Origin: an uncultured Acidobacteriota bacterium
GTDB taxonomy: Bacteria > Acidobacteriota > Vicinamibacteria > Vicinamibacterales > 2-12-FULL-66-21
DNA length: 64,000 nucleotides
Direction of reading: 5' to 3'
NCBI GenBank assembly: GCA_963776315.1
Contig: CAVZMJ010000007.1
Coordinates: 69,752-133,751, forward strand
Part shown: piece after piece, positions 19,126 to 32,319 of the stretch
Position numbering within the stretch: position 1 is the first letter of the stretch
How the letters are laid out: each line of letters starts with the position of its first letter
The notes under the pieces: generated by a model
Databases searched by the model: none
Told to the model about the DNA's origin: nothing
What the model saw: only the letters and a program-made list of their open reading frames with translations
Position numbers and translations under genes: made by a program

Positions 19126-19965
19126 ATGCCGATCCACGACCAAAGTTACCGCCACTTCGAAGGCCCGAAGGCTCCGCCGGGCCGCGCGTGGCTGGTGATC
19201 GCCAAGGCCGGGATCATGACCATGATCCGCAAGCGGCTGTTCCTGGGCCTGCTGATGATGTCCTGGGTGCCCTTCCTCATTCGCGCCGGGCAGATTTACT
19301 TCTCGACCAATTTCCCCCAGATGGCGATGCTCGCGGCGACGGCCGAGACCTTTCGCGAGTTCCTGGCCGGACAGGATGGGTTCGTCTTCTTCATGACGAT
19401 CTACGTCGGCGCCGGCCTGATCGCCAACGACCGGCGCGCCAACGCGCTGCAGATCTATCTGTCGAAGCCGCTGCTGCGCTCCGAGTACATCGCCGGGAAG
19501 GCCGCCGTCCTGTTCTTCTTTCTCGTGCTGATTACGCTGGTCCCGGCCATCTTCCTGCTGCTCGTGCAGGTACTCTTCGCCGGAAACTTCCAGTTCCTGC
19601 GGAAGAACCTGTTTCTGTTCCCGGCGATCACCGTGGCGTCGCTCCTCCAGGTGCTCCTGTCGACGTTCACGATGCTGGCGCTGTCGTCGCTCTCGAAGAG
19701 CAGCCGGTACGTCGCCATCCTGTATGCCGGGATCATCTTCTTTACCGCGGCCGTCTATCAGGTGCTGTACGCGATTACCGGCAGCTCCGCGTTTTCATGG
19801 ATCTCGCCTGTGACCAGCCTGGCCCAGGTCGTCGACGTCGTCTTTCGCGTCACCCCCCGCTACATGACGCCGTGGCAGGTGTCGCTCATCGTCATCGTCG
19901 GACTCATCGTCGTGTCGATTTCGATTCTCGAGCGGCGGGTGCGCGGCGTCGAGGTGGTGACGTGA
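19126..19965 (+). CDS. ABC-2-type transporter permease
   Basis: ORF 19126..19965 is intact, with about 6 hydrophobic segments. It lies between two ABC ATPase genes. Confidence 0.7.
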   Translation: MPIHDQSYRHFEGPKAPPGRAWLVIAKAGIMTMIRKRLFLGLLMMSWVPFLIRAGQIYFSTNFPQMAMLAATAETFREFLAGQDGFVFFMTIYVGAGLIANDRRANALQIYLSKPLLRSEYIAGKAAVLFFFLVLITLVPAIFLLLVQVLFAGNFQFLRKNLFLFPAITVASLLQVLLSTFTMLALSSLSKSSRYVAILYAGIIFFTAAVYQVLYAITGSSAFSWISPVTSLAQVVDVVFRVTPRYMTPWQVSLIVIVGLIVVSISILERRVRGVEVVT

Positions 19966-20894
19966 GCGCGCCCGGCGTGCCAATCGTGACGGCCGAGCAC
20001 GTGTCGAAGTGGTACGGCCAGGTCATCGGCCTCAACGATGTCAGCGTGAAGGTCCCGCCCGGCGTCACGGGCCTGCTCGGCCCGAACGGGGCCGGCAAGT
20101 CGACCTTCATGAAGCTCATCACCGGCCAGCTCAAGCCGAGCAAGGGCACGGTGACGGTGCTCGGAGAGCCGATCTGGGGGAATCCGAAGCTCTATTTCCA
20201 GATTGGCTTCTGCCCGGAACAGGACGCCTTCTACGAACGGATGACGGGTCTCGAGTGGGTCACGGCGCTCGTGCGGCTCAACGGACTCGACGAGAAGGCC
20301 GCCGATGAGGCCGCGCGCCGCGCGCTCACGATCGTCGATCTGATGGATGCGGCGGACAAGAAGATTGGCGCGTATAGCAAGGGCATGCGCCAGCGCGTCA
20401 AGCTCGCGCAGGCCGTCGTCCACGATCCAGCGCTTCTCATCCTCGACGAGCCGCTCTCGGGCATGGACCCGCTCGCGCGCCGGCGCACAATCCGCCTGAT
20501 CCGGGACTGGGCACGCGCCGGCAAGTCGATCATCGTGTCGAGCCACATCCTGCACGAGATCGAGTCGATGACGGCGAACATCCTGCTCATCAACAACGGC
20601 CGGATCCTCGCCGAAGGCGACGTCCACCATATCCGCGACCTCATCGACGAGCATCCGCACACCGTCTACGTCCGCGCCGCGGATCCGCGCCGCCTCGCCC
20701 GCGAGTTCCTTGTGCACGACGATGTGAGGAGCCTGCGGTTCGAGCAGGATGCCGTGGTGATCGAGACAGGGAAGCCGGACCGGTTCTACACGCGGTTGAC
20801 GGACATGGCGGCGAGCGGAGAGTTCGGCGCAATAGACGAGGTCACGTCGCCGGACGACAATCTGCAGGCCGTGTTCCAGTACCTGGTCAAGTGA
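19962..20894 (+). CDS. ABC transporter ATP-binding protein
   Basis: The GTG at 19962 overlaps the upstream stop and lies in the frame of ORF 19188..20894. Motifs are GPNGAGKST, YSKGMRQR and LLILDEP. Confidence 0.88.
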   Translation: MSAPGVPIVTAEHVSKWYGQVIGLNDVSVKVPPGVTGLLGPNGAGKSTFMKLITGQLKPSKGTVTVLGEPIWGNPKLYFQIGFCPEQDAFYERMTGLEWVTALVRLNGLDEKAADEAARRALTIVDLMDAADKKIGAYSKGMRQRVKLAQAVVHDPALLILDEPLSGMDPLARRRTIRLIRDWARAGKSIIVSSHILHEIESMTANILLINNGRILAEGDVHHIRDLIDEHPHTVYVRAADPRRLAREFLVHDDVRSLRFEQDAVVIETGKPDRFYTRLTDMAASGEFGAIDEVTSPDDNLQAVFQYLVK

Positions 20895-21811
20895 CAGTGA
20901 GCGTGCCTGGTCAAATGACGAACGAAACGTCACCAACGGCGCCTGTGGCTCTAACGCCGGCTGCTCCGACCGCCCGGCCGCCGGGCTTTGTCGCCTCGAG
21001 CCTGCGCATCTTCGACCTCTCGATCGGCGAGATGCTGTGGTCGCGTCGGACGATCTTCATGGCGCTGGTCGTCGGCGCGCCGGTCCTCATCGCACTCATC
21101 CTGCGGTTGCTGGTGGGCCTGGGGGCGCCGTTTTTCGACGAGCCGAGAGGCAGTGGCAGCGGGGCCATCCGCATGAACGGCCCGGCCATGTTCGGGTTGA
21201 TCATCTGGGGCATGTACCTTCGCTTTATCGTTCCCGTGCTCGGGGTGTTCTACGGGACCTCGCTCATGGCCGACGAGATCGAGGACAAGACGATTACATA
21301 TCTGTTCACGCGGCCGATCCCCCGCGGGGCGGTGCTCGTCGGGAAATACCTCGCGTATCTGGGCTGCACCGTCTTCGTGGTGCTGCCGTCGGTCGTGCTG
21401 GTCTACCTCCTGATCGTGCCGCTCAAGGGCAGCCTGGGCGCCGCGTTCCCGGACCTCTTGAAGGACCTGCTGCTGCTCGGGCTCGGCCTGGCGGTCTATG
21501 GGGCCGTATTCGCGTTCGTCGGGGCCAAGTTCAAGCGACCCCTGCTCATCGGGCTCATCTTCGTGTTCGGCTGGGAACAGGCGGCCCTGGCGTTTCCCGG
21601 ATATCTCAAGCAGTTCACGGTGATGTTCTACCTCCAGGCCATCGTGCCGCACGCCATGCCGAGCGACGGCGTGGTCAGCATGATCCAGGGGCTCTTCCGG
21701 GAGACCCCGGGGCTCGGGACGAGCCTGTTCTGGCTGGCGGTCATCTGGGCCATATTCCTGGGCTGGGGGGCCCGGATCGTCGGGCGCAAGGAGTATGTGC
21801 TGGAGCAATAG
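20891..21811 (+). CDS. ABC-2-type transporter permease
   Basis: ORF 20891..21811 has a GTG start overlapping the upstream stop and is multi-TM. Confidence 0.7.
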   Translation: MTVSVPGQMTNETSPTAPVALTPAAPTARPPGFVASSLRIFDLSIGEMLWSRRTIFMALVVGAPVLIALILRLLVGLGAPFFDEPRGSGSGAIRMNGPAMFGLIIWGMYLRFIVPVLGVFYGTSLMADEIEDKTITYLFTRPIPRGAVLVGKYLAYLGCTVFVVLPSVVLVYLLIVPLKGSLGAAFPDLLKDLLLLGLGLAVYGAVFAFVGAKFKRPLLIGLIFVFGWEQAALAFPGYLKQFTVMFYLQAIVPHAMPSDGVVSMIQGLFRETPGLGTSLFWLAVIWAIFLGWGARIVGRKEYVLEQ

Positions 21812-21902
21812 GCTCTAGGCTTTCGGCTCTAGGCTCTAGCAAGAGCTCCGAGCAAGCTCTCGAAGGTTTTGCCCAGAGCCTAGAGCCTGAAGCCCAGAGC
21901 CG
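21810..21902. repeat. composite heptamer palindrome with conserved core (copy C)
   Basis: The left arm is aggctct aggcttt cggctct aggctct. The core is aagagctccgagcaagctctcgaaggttttgc (21841-21872). The right arm is ccagagc ctagagc ctgaagc ccagagc. Confidence 0.85.
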
Positions 21903-21991
21903 ACGTTCCCCGTCCCACCTAACTGCCGCAAACGTCGTCCTTTGCGGAACTTTTTACCCGCTGACCCGTTATAATCCACAGAGGGCTCACG

Positions 21992-23024
21992 ATGACGAAG
22001 AAAACCCGCTATTTCATGACTGGTTCTGCCGCCGTGCTGGCCGGGGGCCTTTGCACGGGTCTTGTTGCGTATTACGGTGGCGGGTTCCCGGCCCTCGTGG
22101 CCTCGACGGGGCCGACCGAGCTTTCCTACGTGCCGGCCGATGCCTCGGTCGTCGCCTACGCCGACGTCAAGAGCATCATGAACTCCGAGCTCAGACAGCG
22201 GTTCAAGCAGGCGGTCCCGATGCCGATGGGCGAGGAGGGCCAGCGCGAGTTCTACGAGAAGACGGGCATCGACATCGAAAACGACATCGATTACGTCGTG
22301 GCAGCGGCCAGCGCGCTCCCGAGTAACGGGAACATACACCCGAGAGGCGTCGTCGTGGCCCGCGGCCGCTTCGATATCGTGAAGCTCGAAGGCCTGGCGC
22401 GCGAGCACGGCGCCCAGGTGCAGGAGTACAAGGGCAAGCGGCTGCTGACCCTCGTGCACACCGCGTCGAATCTTGACGTTCCAGTCTCGGGCGAACCCAC
22501 GACCGCAGACGGCCAGCAACACCGGCGTCCTCGCGTTCCTCGAACCTGGTCTCGTGGCCATCGGCGACCTCAACAGCGTCCAGCGAGCCATCGACGCGCA
22601 GCTGAGCGCCCACAGCATCACCAGCAACAACGAGATGATGGAGCTCGTGACCGACATCGAGCAGACGAACAATGCCTGGGCCGTCGGCCGCTTCGACCTC
22701 ATCGCCAGCCAGGCGAAGCTCCCCGACGAGATCGCGCAGAAGATTCCGCCCGTCAAGTGGCTCGCGATTGCCGGCCACGTCAACGGCGGCATCTCGGCAC
22801 AGCTGCGCGCGGAAGCCAACGATGACCAGGCTGCCGAGAACCTCCGCGGCGTCCTCAACGGCGTGATTTCCCTCGCCCGGCTGCAGGGTCAGAACGACCC
22901 GAAGCTCACCTCCCTCATCAATTCCCTGCAGCTCACCGGCGACGGCAAGACGGTCAGGCTGTCGTTTGCGGTTCCCGCCGAGATCTTCGAGTTGATGGCG
23001 CCGAAGGCGCAGGTGGTGCACTAG
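21992..23024 (+). pseudogene. membrane-anchored hypothetical protein downstream of the ABC cluster, one frame change near 22500-22520
   Basis: ORF 21992..22825 has an N-terminal TM segment (YFMTGSAAVLAGGLCTGLVAYYG). It continues in ORF 22473..23024 (..NTGVLAFLEPGLVAIGDLNSVQRAID..). I recognise no family motif. Confidence 0.55.
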
Positions 23025-23054
23025 CTCGGTATTCGGGATCCGGGCTCGGGCCTC

Positions 23055-23093
23055 GAAACCGGCCGGCTGACATTCAGCCGGCCGGTTTCTTTT
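23055..23093 (+). terminator. Rho-independent terminator
   Basis: A 16-bp stem (gaaaccggccggctga / tcagccggccggtttc) with a short loop is followed by ttttac. It lies 30 nt after the stop at 23024. Confidence 0.8.
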
Positions 23094-23189
23094 ACGGCTG
23101 CTGCTTCACGCTTACTTCGAACCCGAACCCCGAGCCCCGAGCCTTGCGCCCTTTCCCATCCTCCGTGTACTCTTCTCCCGCGCGTTCCC

Positions 23190-23591
23190 GTGGCTGACCT
23201 GGTTTTCTTCTACGGCACCCTGATGGCCGGCTTCGACCGCCGGCGGCGCGCCGGCATCGACGACAAGCTGACCTACGTCGGACGTGGAGCGATTCACGCG
23301 GCGCTCTTCGACGTGGGGCTGTATCCCGCCGCGGTGCCCGCGCCCGATGGGCTCGTGTGGGGCGAAGTCTACGCCGTGGCGGATCGCGACACCGTGCTCG
23401 CGGCGCTCGACGAGATCGAGGGTTATCGCGTGGACGATCCCGATCGCAGCCTGTACCTCCGTCAGGAAACCGACGTGCGGCTGCCGGACGGCGCCGTCGC
23501 GAAGGCGAGCGTCTACTTCTACAATGCGCCGCTCGGACGGGCGCCGCGCATCACGTCGGGCGACTATCTGGAACACGTTAGGGCCAGGTGA
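23190..23591 (+). CDS. gamma-glutamylcyclotransferase (AIG2/GGCT-like) family protein
   Basis: ORF 23190..23591 starts with GTG and has ..FFYGTLM.. together with ..GLYPA.. and ..VWGEVY.. signatures. Confidence 0.7.
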   Translation: MADLVFFYGTLMAGFDRRRRAGIDDKLTYVGRGAIHAALFDVGLYPAAVPAPDGLVWGEVYAVADRDTVLAALDEIEGYRVDDPDRSLYLRQETDVRLPDGAVAKASVYFYNAPLGRAPRITSGDYLEHVRAR

Positions 23592-23594
23592 GTC

Positions 23595-23800
23595 GCGGAT
23601 GATAAGAACCACGGACAGCTCCGGACGCGGATCACGGAGGCACGAGACGCGGATCACGCGGATCATGGATAACACGGGACGCGGATCAGGCGGATCACGG
23701 ACAACGCGAGATGTGGATCACAAAGATTACGAACAACCTGATGACAAGCCCCGAACCCACAGCCTTGAGCTCCCGAGCCCCGAACGCCGAATCCCGACCA
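23595..23800. repeat. degenerate tandem repeats rich in gcggatca units, followed by ccccgaa-type units
   Basis: The unit cggatca occurs about 7 times between 23628 and 23722. Units ccccgaa/cccgagc occur at 23746-23799. The region fills the spacer upstream of the PilZ gene. Confidence 0.7.
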
Positions 23801-23806
23801 ACTGCA

Positions 23807-24193
23807 ATGATTGACGAAACCGACAAGCGCGAGAAGGAACGGGTCGCCCCGACGGGACAGCTCGAGGGTGCGGTCATGGTGTTCCAGCCCATGACCATCG
23901 TCGAGATCAGCCACAACGGCGCCCAGATCGAAACGCCGTTTCCGCTGCAGCTCGACTCGCTGCACGAGTTCCGCCTGTCGCTCGGCGAGCACTCGGTCGT
24001 CGTCAAGGGCCGGATCGTCCACTGCTACGTCGGCGAGCTACGCAACGACGTCACGGTGTACCGATCCGGCATCGAGCTCGTCGAGCCGTCGGAACCGGTT
24101 CGGCACGCCATCGCCACTTTCGTCGACGCGCTGAGCGCCGCGCGCCGGATTCCAGTCATCATCGACGCCGAAGTGGCGGATGACGGGCTATAG
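23807..24193 (+). CDS. PilZ-domain protein (putative c-di-GMP receptor)
   Basis: Taken from ORF 23711..24193, starting at ATG 23807 (MIDETDKREKERV..). It has an RxxxR motif (REKER) and an (D/N)xSxxG-like motif (EISHNG). Confidence 0.65.
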   Translation: MIDETDKREKERVAPTGQLEGAVMVFQPMTIVEISHNGAQIETPFPLQLDSLHEFRLSLGEHSVVVKGRIVHCYVGELRNDVTVYRSGIELVEPSEPVRHAIATFVDALSAARRIPVIIDAEVADDGL

Positions 24194-24198
24194 ACAGT

Positions 24199-24339
24199 GG
24201 TTCAGGGCTCACGGCTCACGGTTCACGGTTCAGGGTTCAGGGTTCAAGCCGGATCTCGGAGTTGGTGGTCCAAGCACTACCTGAACCTTGAACCTTGAAG
24301 CCTTGAACCTTGAACCCTGAACCCTGAACCCTGAACCCC
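24199..24339. repeat. composite heptamer palindrome with diverged core (copy E)
   Basis: The left arm is ggttcag ggctcac ggctcac ggttcac ggttcag ggttcag ggttcaa. The centre is ggatctcggagttggtggtccaagcactac (24251-24280). The right arm is ctgaacc ttgaacc .. ccctgaa x3. Confidence 0.85.
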
Positions 24340-24449
24340 GCCCCCCGTGTTACAGTGCTTTATCCCTCCGACTATGACTGTGGGAGTCTGACCTGGGAGC
24401 ACGCGTCGGGTACCTGACGCTCGGGCTGGCGCTCATCCTGGCCTACGGC

Positions 24450-26807
24450 GTGGTCGGCTGGACGCTCCAGGGGCGCCCGCTTGCGCTGTCGCTTTTCGGC
24501 AACGCGAGCCTGATTGCGTCGGCCGCCCTGGTGCTGGTGGTCATCTTTCGGCGACGCCGCGAGTGGGCCGGTTCCCAGCGGCTCTTCTGGGACGTCATCG
24601 CCGTCGCGATGACGCTGTGGATCGTCGGCCACATCGGCTGGACTTACGACCAGTCCTGGCTGAAGTGGCACACCCTCTTCAGCATCTGCGCCGGCATCGG
24701 CCCGCTCATCGCGCTGCTGGCGAGACCGCATCGCGGCGCGCGTACCGGCTTCGTCGCGCCGACAGCGATGACGATCGGCGCCTACTGGCTGCTCGCCGTC
24801 TTCCTCTATTCGTACTTCGTCCTGGTCCCGAGCCTCCTGCCCGAAGCCGTGCCCGCGGCGCAGGCACGCCTCCTGTACTTCGTCCAGTACAACCGGCTGC
24901 TGCTGCTCGCCGGCATGGCGGCGGCGGTGTGGTTCGCGCGCGGCACGGACTGGCGCCTGACCTACCTGCGACTCGCCGTGGGCGTCGGCATCGGGTTCGT
25001 GCTGCGGATCGGTACGAATCAGGCGATTGCCAGGGGCGACTATCAGGTCGGCAGCTTCCACGATCTCGCCTGGATCGCGCCGTGGCTGTGCTACGCGTGG
25101 GCCGCTGCCGAGGCGCCGCCGTCGCTCTCGCGCGCACCGGAAAGCGAGGATCAGCACGAGGCCCTGTCGGTGGGCCTGCTGGTCGTGCCTGCGCTCCTGA
25201 TTCCGCTCATCGGCTACAGCGTCCTCAATCTCGAGTCCGGAGGCGACACGGTCGACTCCATCCGGCTCTTTCTGACCAGTCTGACGACCGTCGTCGGGCT
25301 GGGGATTGTGACGCTGCGGCTGGCGGGGCAGGGGTCCGAACTGCAGCGTGCCGACGCGCGGCTGCAGCTGCTGGCCGCGGCGACCGAGCATACCGGGGAT
25401 CTCATTGTGATCACGCGGCCGGACGGGTCGTTCGAGCACGCGAACACCGCGTTTCTGCGTGCGCTCGGCTACACGCGCGACGAGCTCACGACGCGGAATT
25501 TCGTCGATCTGATCGAACCCGGGATGGATCACGTGCAGCGCGACATTCCCGCCCAGGTGATGGCGAAGAGCATCTGGCGCGGTACCCTCAAGGGCCGGCG
25601 CAAGGACGGCTCGACGTTTCCGGCGGCGTGCACGATCACGGCGATCCGCGACCAGGCCGGCCGCATCACGCATTTCGTCGGCGTCGAGCGCGACATGACC
25701 GAAGACCTCGCGCTGCGCGATCAGCTCGTGCACAGCGAGCGGCTCTCGGCGATTGGCGAGCTCATCGCCGGCGTCGCGCACGAGATCAACAACCCGCTCC
25801 AGACGATCATCGGCTGCACGGAGCTCATGCTCGACGAGCCGGAGGGCGTCAACCGCACCGACCTCGAGCTGGTGCGGAAGGAAGCGATGCGCGCCGGCCA
25901 GATCGTCCGCAACCTGCTGGCGTTTGCGCGCCGGGGCGTCTCGGATCGCACGCCGATCGACCTCAACGATCTCGTCCGCGCCACCGCCGAGCTGCGCGAC
26001 TATCACCTCCAGCAGATCAACATCACGCTCGTGCTGAAGTGTGCGCCGCGCCCGCTGCCGGTTGCCGTGAATCGCGAGGAGATCCGGCAGGTGATTCTCA
26101 ATCTCCTGCTCAACGCCGAACATGCGATTGCGTCGACGGCCGGAGGCGGCACGATCACCGTCGAGACATCGGGCAACGGCACCGTGCAGACGGTCGAAGT
26201 CACGGACAGCGGCCCGGGCATCAGCCCCGAGCTGCGGGGACGGATCTTCGAGCCGTTCTTCACGACGCGGGAAGTCGGGGAAGGCACGGGCCTCGGCCTC
26301 TCGATCTCGCTCGGAATCGCGTCCTCGCACGGGGGCGTGCTCGCGCTCGTCGACTCGCCGTCAGGGGCGCGTTTCAGGCTCACGCTGCCGGCCCACGCCG
26401 ACGGCGCGACGCAGGCCACCGGCGCCCTGGGTGAAGGCGTCCGAGCCCTCGTCGTGGACGATGATGCACCGATCCGCAAGCTGATCGTACGTCTGCTGGA
26501 GAAGCGCGGCTACGAGGTGTCGGAAGCCGAGACAGGAGAGTCGGCCATGGCGCTCGCCCTCGACCGCCGCCCCGGCATCGTCATCTGCGACACGGGCGTG
26601 CGCGGGATGACGGGCTTCGATCTCTACCGGCGCCTTGCGGCAAAGGACGCGGCGGGCGCGCCGCGGTTTCTCTTCATCAGCGGCGAGAAGACGGCGGTGC
26701 CCGCGGACTCGGATGTGGCCGGCGTTCCGGTGCTGTCCAAGCCGTTCACGGCAACCGACCTCGAAACGGCGCTCGTCGCGGCCGGGATAGCGGGACCTCG
26801 GGGTTGA
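24450..26807 (+). CDS. hybrid sensor histidine kinase (multi-TM sensor, PAS, HisKA, HATPase_c, receiver)
   Basis: ORF 24450..26807 has about 7 N-terminal TM segments, a PAS domain, an H-box (AGVAHEINNPL), G-boxes (DSGPGI, GTGLGL) and a C-terminal REC domain (VVDDD..ICD..SKPF). The true start may lie upstream at a non-ATG codon. Confidence 0.88.
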   Translation: MVGWTLQGRPLALSLFGNASLIASAALVLVVIFRRRREWAGSQRLFWDVIAVAMTLWIVGHIGWTYDQSWLKWHTLFSICAGIGPLIALLARPHRGARTGFVAPTAMTIGAYWLLAVFLYSYFVLVPSLLPEAVPAAQARLLYFVQYNRLLLLAGMAAAVWFARGTDWRLTYLRLAVGVGIGFVLRIGTNQAIARGDYQVGSFHDLAWIAPWLCYAWAAAEAPPSLSRAPESEDQHEALSVGLLVVPALLIPLIGYSVLNLESGGDTVDSIRLFLTSLTTVVGLGIVTLRLAGQGSELQRADARLQLLAAATEHTGDLIVITRPDGSFEHANTAFLRALGYTRDELTTRNFVDLIEPGMDHVQRDIPAQVMAKSIWRGTLKGRRKDGSTFPAACTITAIRDQAGRITHFVGVERDMTEDLALRDQLVHSERLSAIGELIAGVAHEINNPLQTIIGCTELMLDEPEGVNRTDLELVRKEAMRAGQIVRNLLAFARRGVSDRTPIDLNDLVRATAELRDYHLQQINITLVLKCAPRPLPVAVNREEIRQVILNLLLNAEHAIASTAGGGTITVETSGNGTVQTVEVTDSGPGISPELRGRIFEPFFTTREVGEGTGLGLSISLGIASSHGGVLALVDSPSGARFRLTLPAHADGATQATGALGEGVRALVVDDDAPIRKLIVRLLEKRGYEVSEAETGESAMALALDRRPGIVICDTGVRGMTGFDLYRRLAAKDAAGAPRFLFISGEKTAVPADSDVAGVPVLSKPFTATDLETALVAAGIAGPRG

Positions 26808-26834
26808 TCCTCCGGGCGGCTTCCCGCGCCGGCC

Positions 26835-27585
26835 TCATTTTGGCCCGGCCAGCTTGGCCTTGATGTCCTGCTTGAGCTGCGGGTGCACCTTGAACCCCGC
26901 CTTTTCCGCTGCCTTCACGGCGTCATCGGCCTCCTTGAAGCGTCCGGTCTGCAGGTACAGGACGGCAAGGTTGTTGAGGGTCGCGCCCGACTTGGGGTCC
27001 ACGGCAACGGCGGCCTTGTACTCGCGCTCCGCATCCGCCCACTGCTCCGTGCGGAAGTAGGCGCTGCCGAGATCGGCATAGACGAACGCAGGCACCGAGT
27101 TCTCGACGGTGACATTGTTGCCGCGCGAGATGTAGTCCTGAATCTGGCGTTTCTGATCCTGAAGCTGACGGACGCGATCCTGCGTGGTCAGGGACTGAGG
27201 TCCGGTCTGCGTCAGTCGAATCTGTTCGTCGATTTCGACCAGTCGATCCTGCCGATACCGCTGGGCGTCCTGGCGGTTCGTGAACTGCTTGCCCGCTTGC
27301 GCGCGGTACAGGTCGCGGCATTTCACGTACGCCTGGATGGCGTCCGCGTACTTCTTCATCCGCATGTTCGCAAGACCGAGACCGTAGTAGGCGTCCTCGT
27401 ACTCGTGGTCGGTATCGATGGCCTGCTGAAAGGTCTTGGCGGCCTCCGGCCAGGCTTCGGCGCGCATGAATTCCAGTGCCTTCTTGAAATAGGGCATTGC
27501 GCGCTGCCGTTCCACTGACGTTTGCGCCGCGGCGGTTCCAGATACGCAGGGCAACGATGATCGCCATTACCAGACGCTGTCGCAT
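26835..27585 (-). CDS. TPR-repeat protein, probably secreted (possible frame change near 27556)
   Basis: ORF 26835..27554 holds the TPR repeats. An ATG at 27585 with a good ggagga ribosome-binding site encodes MRQRLVMAIIV in another frame. That peptide would join ..LPCVSGTAAAQTS.. as a signal peptide if one nt were corrected. Confidence 0.65.
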
Positions 27586-27602
27586 GACGATGTCCTCCGC
27601 AC

Positions 27603-27633
27603 AAAAAAACCCCGCGGGCCGGAGCCCGCGGGG
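27603..27633 (-). terminator. Rho-independent terminator of the TonB-dependent receptor gene
   Basis: The minus strand reads ccccgcgggc tccg gcccgcgggg ttttttt, about 30 nt after the TAG at 27662-27664. Confidence 0.85.
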
Positions 27634-27661
27634 TCAAGGATAAACCTAGTCGAGCTTCCTC

Positions 27662-30661
<3,000 letters not shown>

Positions 30662-30920
30662 TGGTGTCTTATCCTCCTGAAATGACGCTATCAAAGTCAG
30701 TAAGTCGGCCGGGAATCCTCGTAGGAAGCCTCGGTCGAGGCTGACGAATAAAGCCGGCGCGGGGAGCACCGGTCAACCTCTTCCAAGCACTCTCCATGCC
30801 TAAACCGTATTTCACACATTTCACAGTGTTTTGTTGGCTTTTCGTCCCCGAATGGCGCCCCTCGTCACTGTTCTTCGGAGTATTGGATCCGATGGGTTGA
30901 ATTGTGGGACGAATGGTGAT

Positions 30921-31100
30921 TCGCGGCTCGCTTCTCGCGGCTCGGCTCCTGCCAACCTCGAGCACCCGAACCACCCCGAGCCGCCGTCCCCGCCGTCCCA
31001 ATGAGCGAGTCGCGACGACAGGACCGTGCGCCACTGAGTCGCTCCAGCCGAAGCTGAGCGCTGAAGCCGCGAGCCGCCAGCCGCGAGCAGCCAGCAGCGA
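30921..31100. repeat. inverted gcggctc / gagccgc-type arms around a centre containing cctcgagcacc
   Basis: The left arm is tcgcggctcgcttctcgcggctcggctcctgcc. The right arm is gctgaagccgcgagccgccagccgcgagcagccagcagc. Confidence 0.6.
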
Positions 31101-31118
31101 CTATCATCTAGCCATCCC

Positions 31119-32169
31119 ATGCGAATAGCACTCATCCCGGGAGACGGCATCGGCAAGGACGTCACGGCCGAGGCTCTCAAGGTACTGACCGCGGTGTCGG
31201 AGCGATTCGGACGGCGGCTCGACTTCGAGTCACCTTCCCTGGGGCGCGGATTACTACCTCGAGTCGAAGGTGACGATGCCGCCGGGCGGCTACGACCTGC
31301 TGCGCGAGTTCGACGCAATCTTCATCGGCGCGCTCGGGGATCCGCGCGTGCCGGACAATCGCCACGCGCGCGACATCCTGCTCGGCACGCGCTTCGAGCT
31401 CGATCTCTTCGTCAACTACCGGCCCGTGCGTGCTGCTCGACGAGCGCCTGTGTCCCCTCAAGGGCCGCGGGCCCGACGACGTCAACTTCGTCGTCTTTCG
31501 GGAGAACACCGAAGGGCTCTACGTCGGCATCGGCGGACGCTTCAAGGCCGGCACAGACGACGAGATCGCGATTCAGGAAGAGCTGAACACCTACAAGGGC
31601 GTGCACCGGATCGTCCGCCACGCCTTCGAGTTCGCGACAGTCGCGCGGCCTGACGAAGGTGTGCATGGCCGACAAGAGCAACGCCATGACCGACGGCCAC
31701 GCGCTCTGGCAGCGCGTCTTCCGCCAGCTCGCGGCGCGAGTATCCCGGGATCACCACGACGCACTACTACATCGACGCGCTCGCGATGTACATGGTGCTC
31801 GACCCCGGCCAGTTCCAGGTGATCGTCACCAACAATCTCTTCGGCGACATCATCACCGACCTCGGCGCGGCGTTCCAGGGAGGCCTGGGCATGGCCGCGT
31901 CGGGCAACCTGCACCCGGGCAAGACGTCGATGTTCGAGCCGGTGCACGGATCGGCGCCGAAGTTCGCGGGCAAGAACATCGCGAACCCGATCGGCGCGAT
32001 CGCGTCAGCCGCGCTGATGCTCGAGACTCTGGGCCTCAACGACGAAGCGGCAGCGATCGACGCGGCAATCCTGAAGGCCGTGCGGGAGCGGCAAGTCACG
32101 CAGGATGTCGGTGGGACGCTCGGCACGAAGGAAGCGGGGGATTTCATTGCGGCGGCGGTGCGGGTATGA
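31119..32169 (+). pseudogene. isocitrate/isopropylmalate dehydrogenase-family enzyme (3-isopropylmalate or tartrate dehydrogenase-like), 4 frame changes
   Basis: The start is MRIALIPGDGIGKDV... Pieces lie in ORFs 31119.., 31270.., 31430.., 31659.. and 31786..32169 (..NLFGDIITDL.., ..EPVHGSAPKFAGKNIANPIG..). Frame switches occur near 31238, 31428, 31645 and 31738. Confidence 0.8.
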
Positions 32170-32295
32170 CGGAGCACGGAGCACGGTGGCATCACGATGG
32201 CCACGAAGCTCGCGAAGAGCGCGAAGGCTCTTCAGGTCTTTTCTTCGTGAGCATCGTGGTCTTCTCGTGTCTTCGCGGTGATGACCGTGATCATG
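32168..32295. repeat. inverted cacgga/cacgatg/cacgaag versus cttcgtg/catcgtg arms
   Basis: The arm gacggag cacggag cacggtg .. cacgatg gccacgaag .. faces .. cttcgtgagcatcgtggtcttctcgtgtcttcgcggtg. Confidence 0.7.
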
Positions 32296-32319
32296 AACGC
32301 AGCGTGACAGTGAGGACTG

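Noticed and set aside
30662-30920. A possible cobalamin or other riboswitch in the 5' leader of the TonB-dependent receptor, and likewise upstream of the BtuF-like gene at 35912-36100.
   Set aside because: I could not find the B12 box or other conserved riboswitch cores by eye. A covariance-model scan would be needed, so no claim is made.
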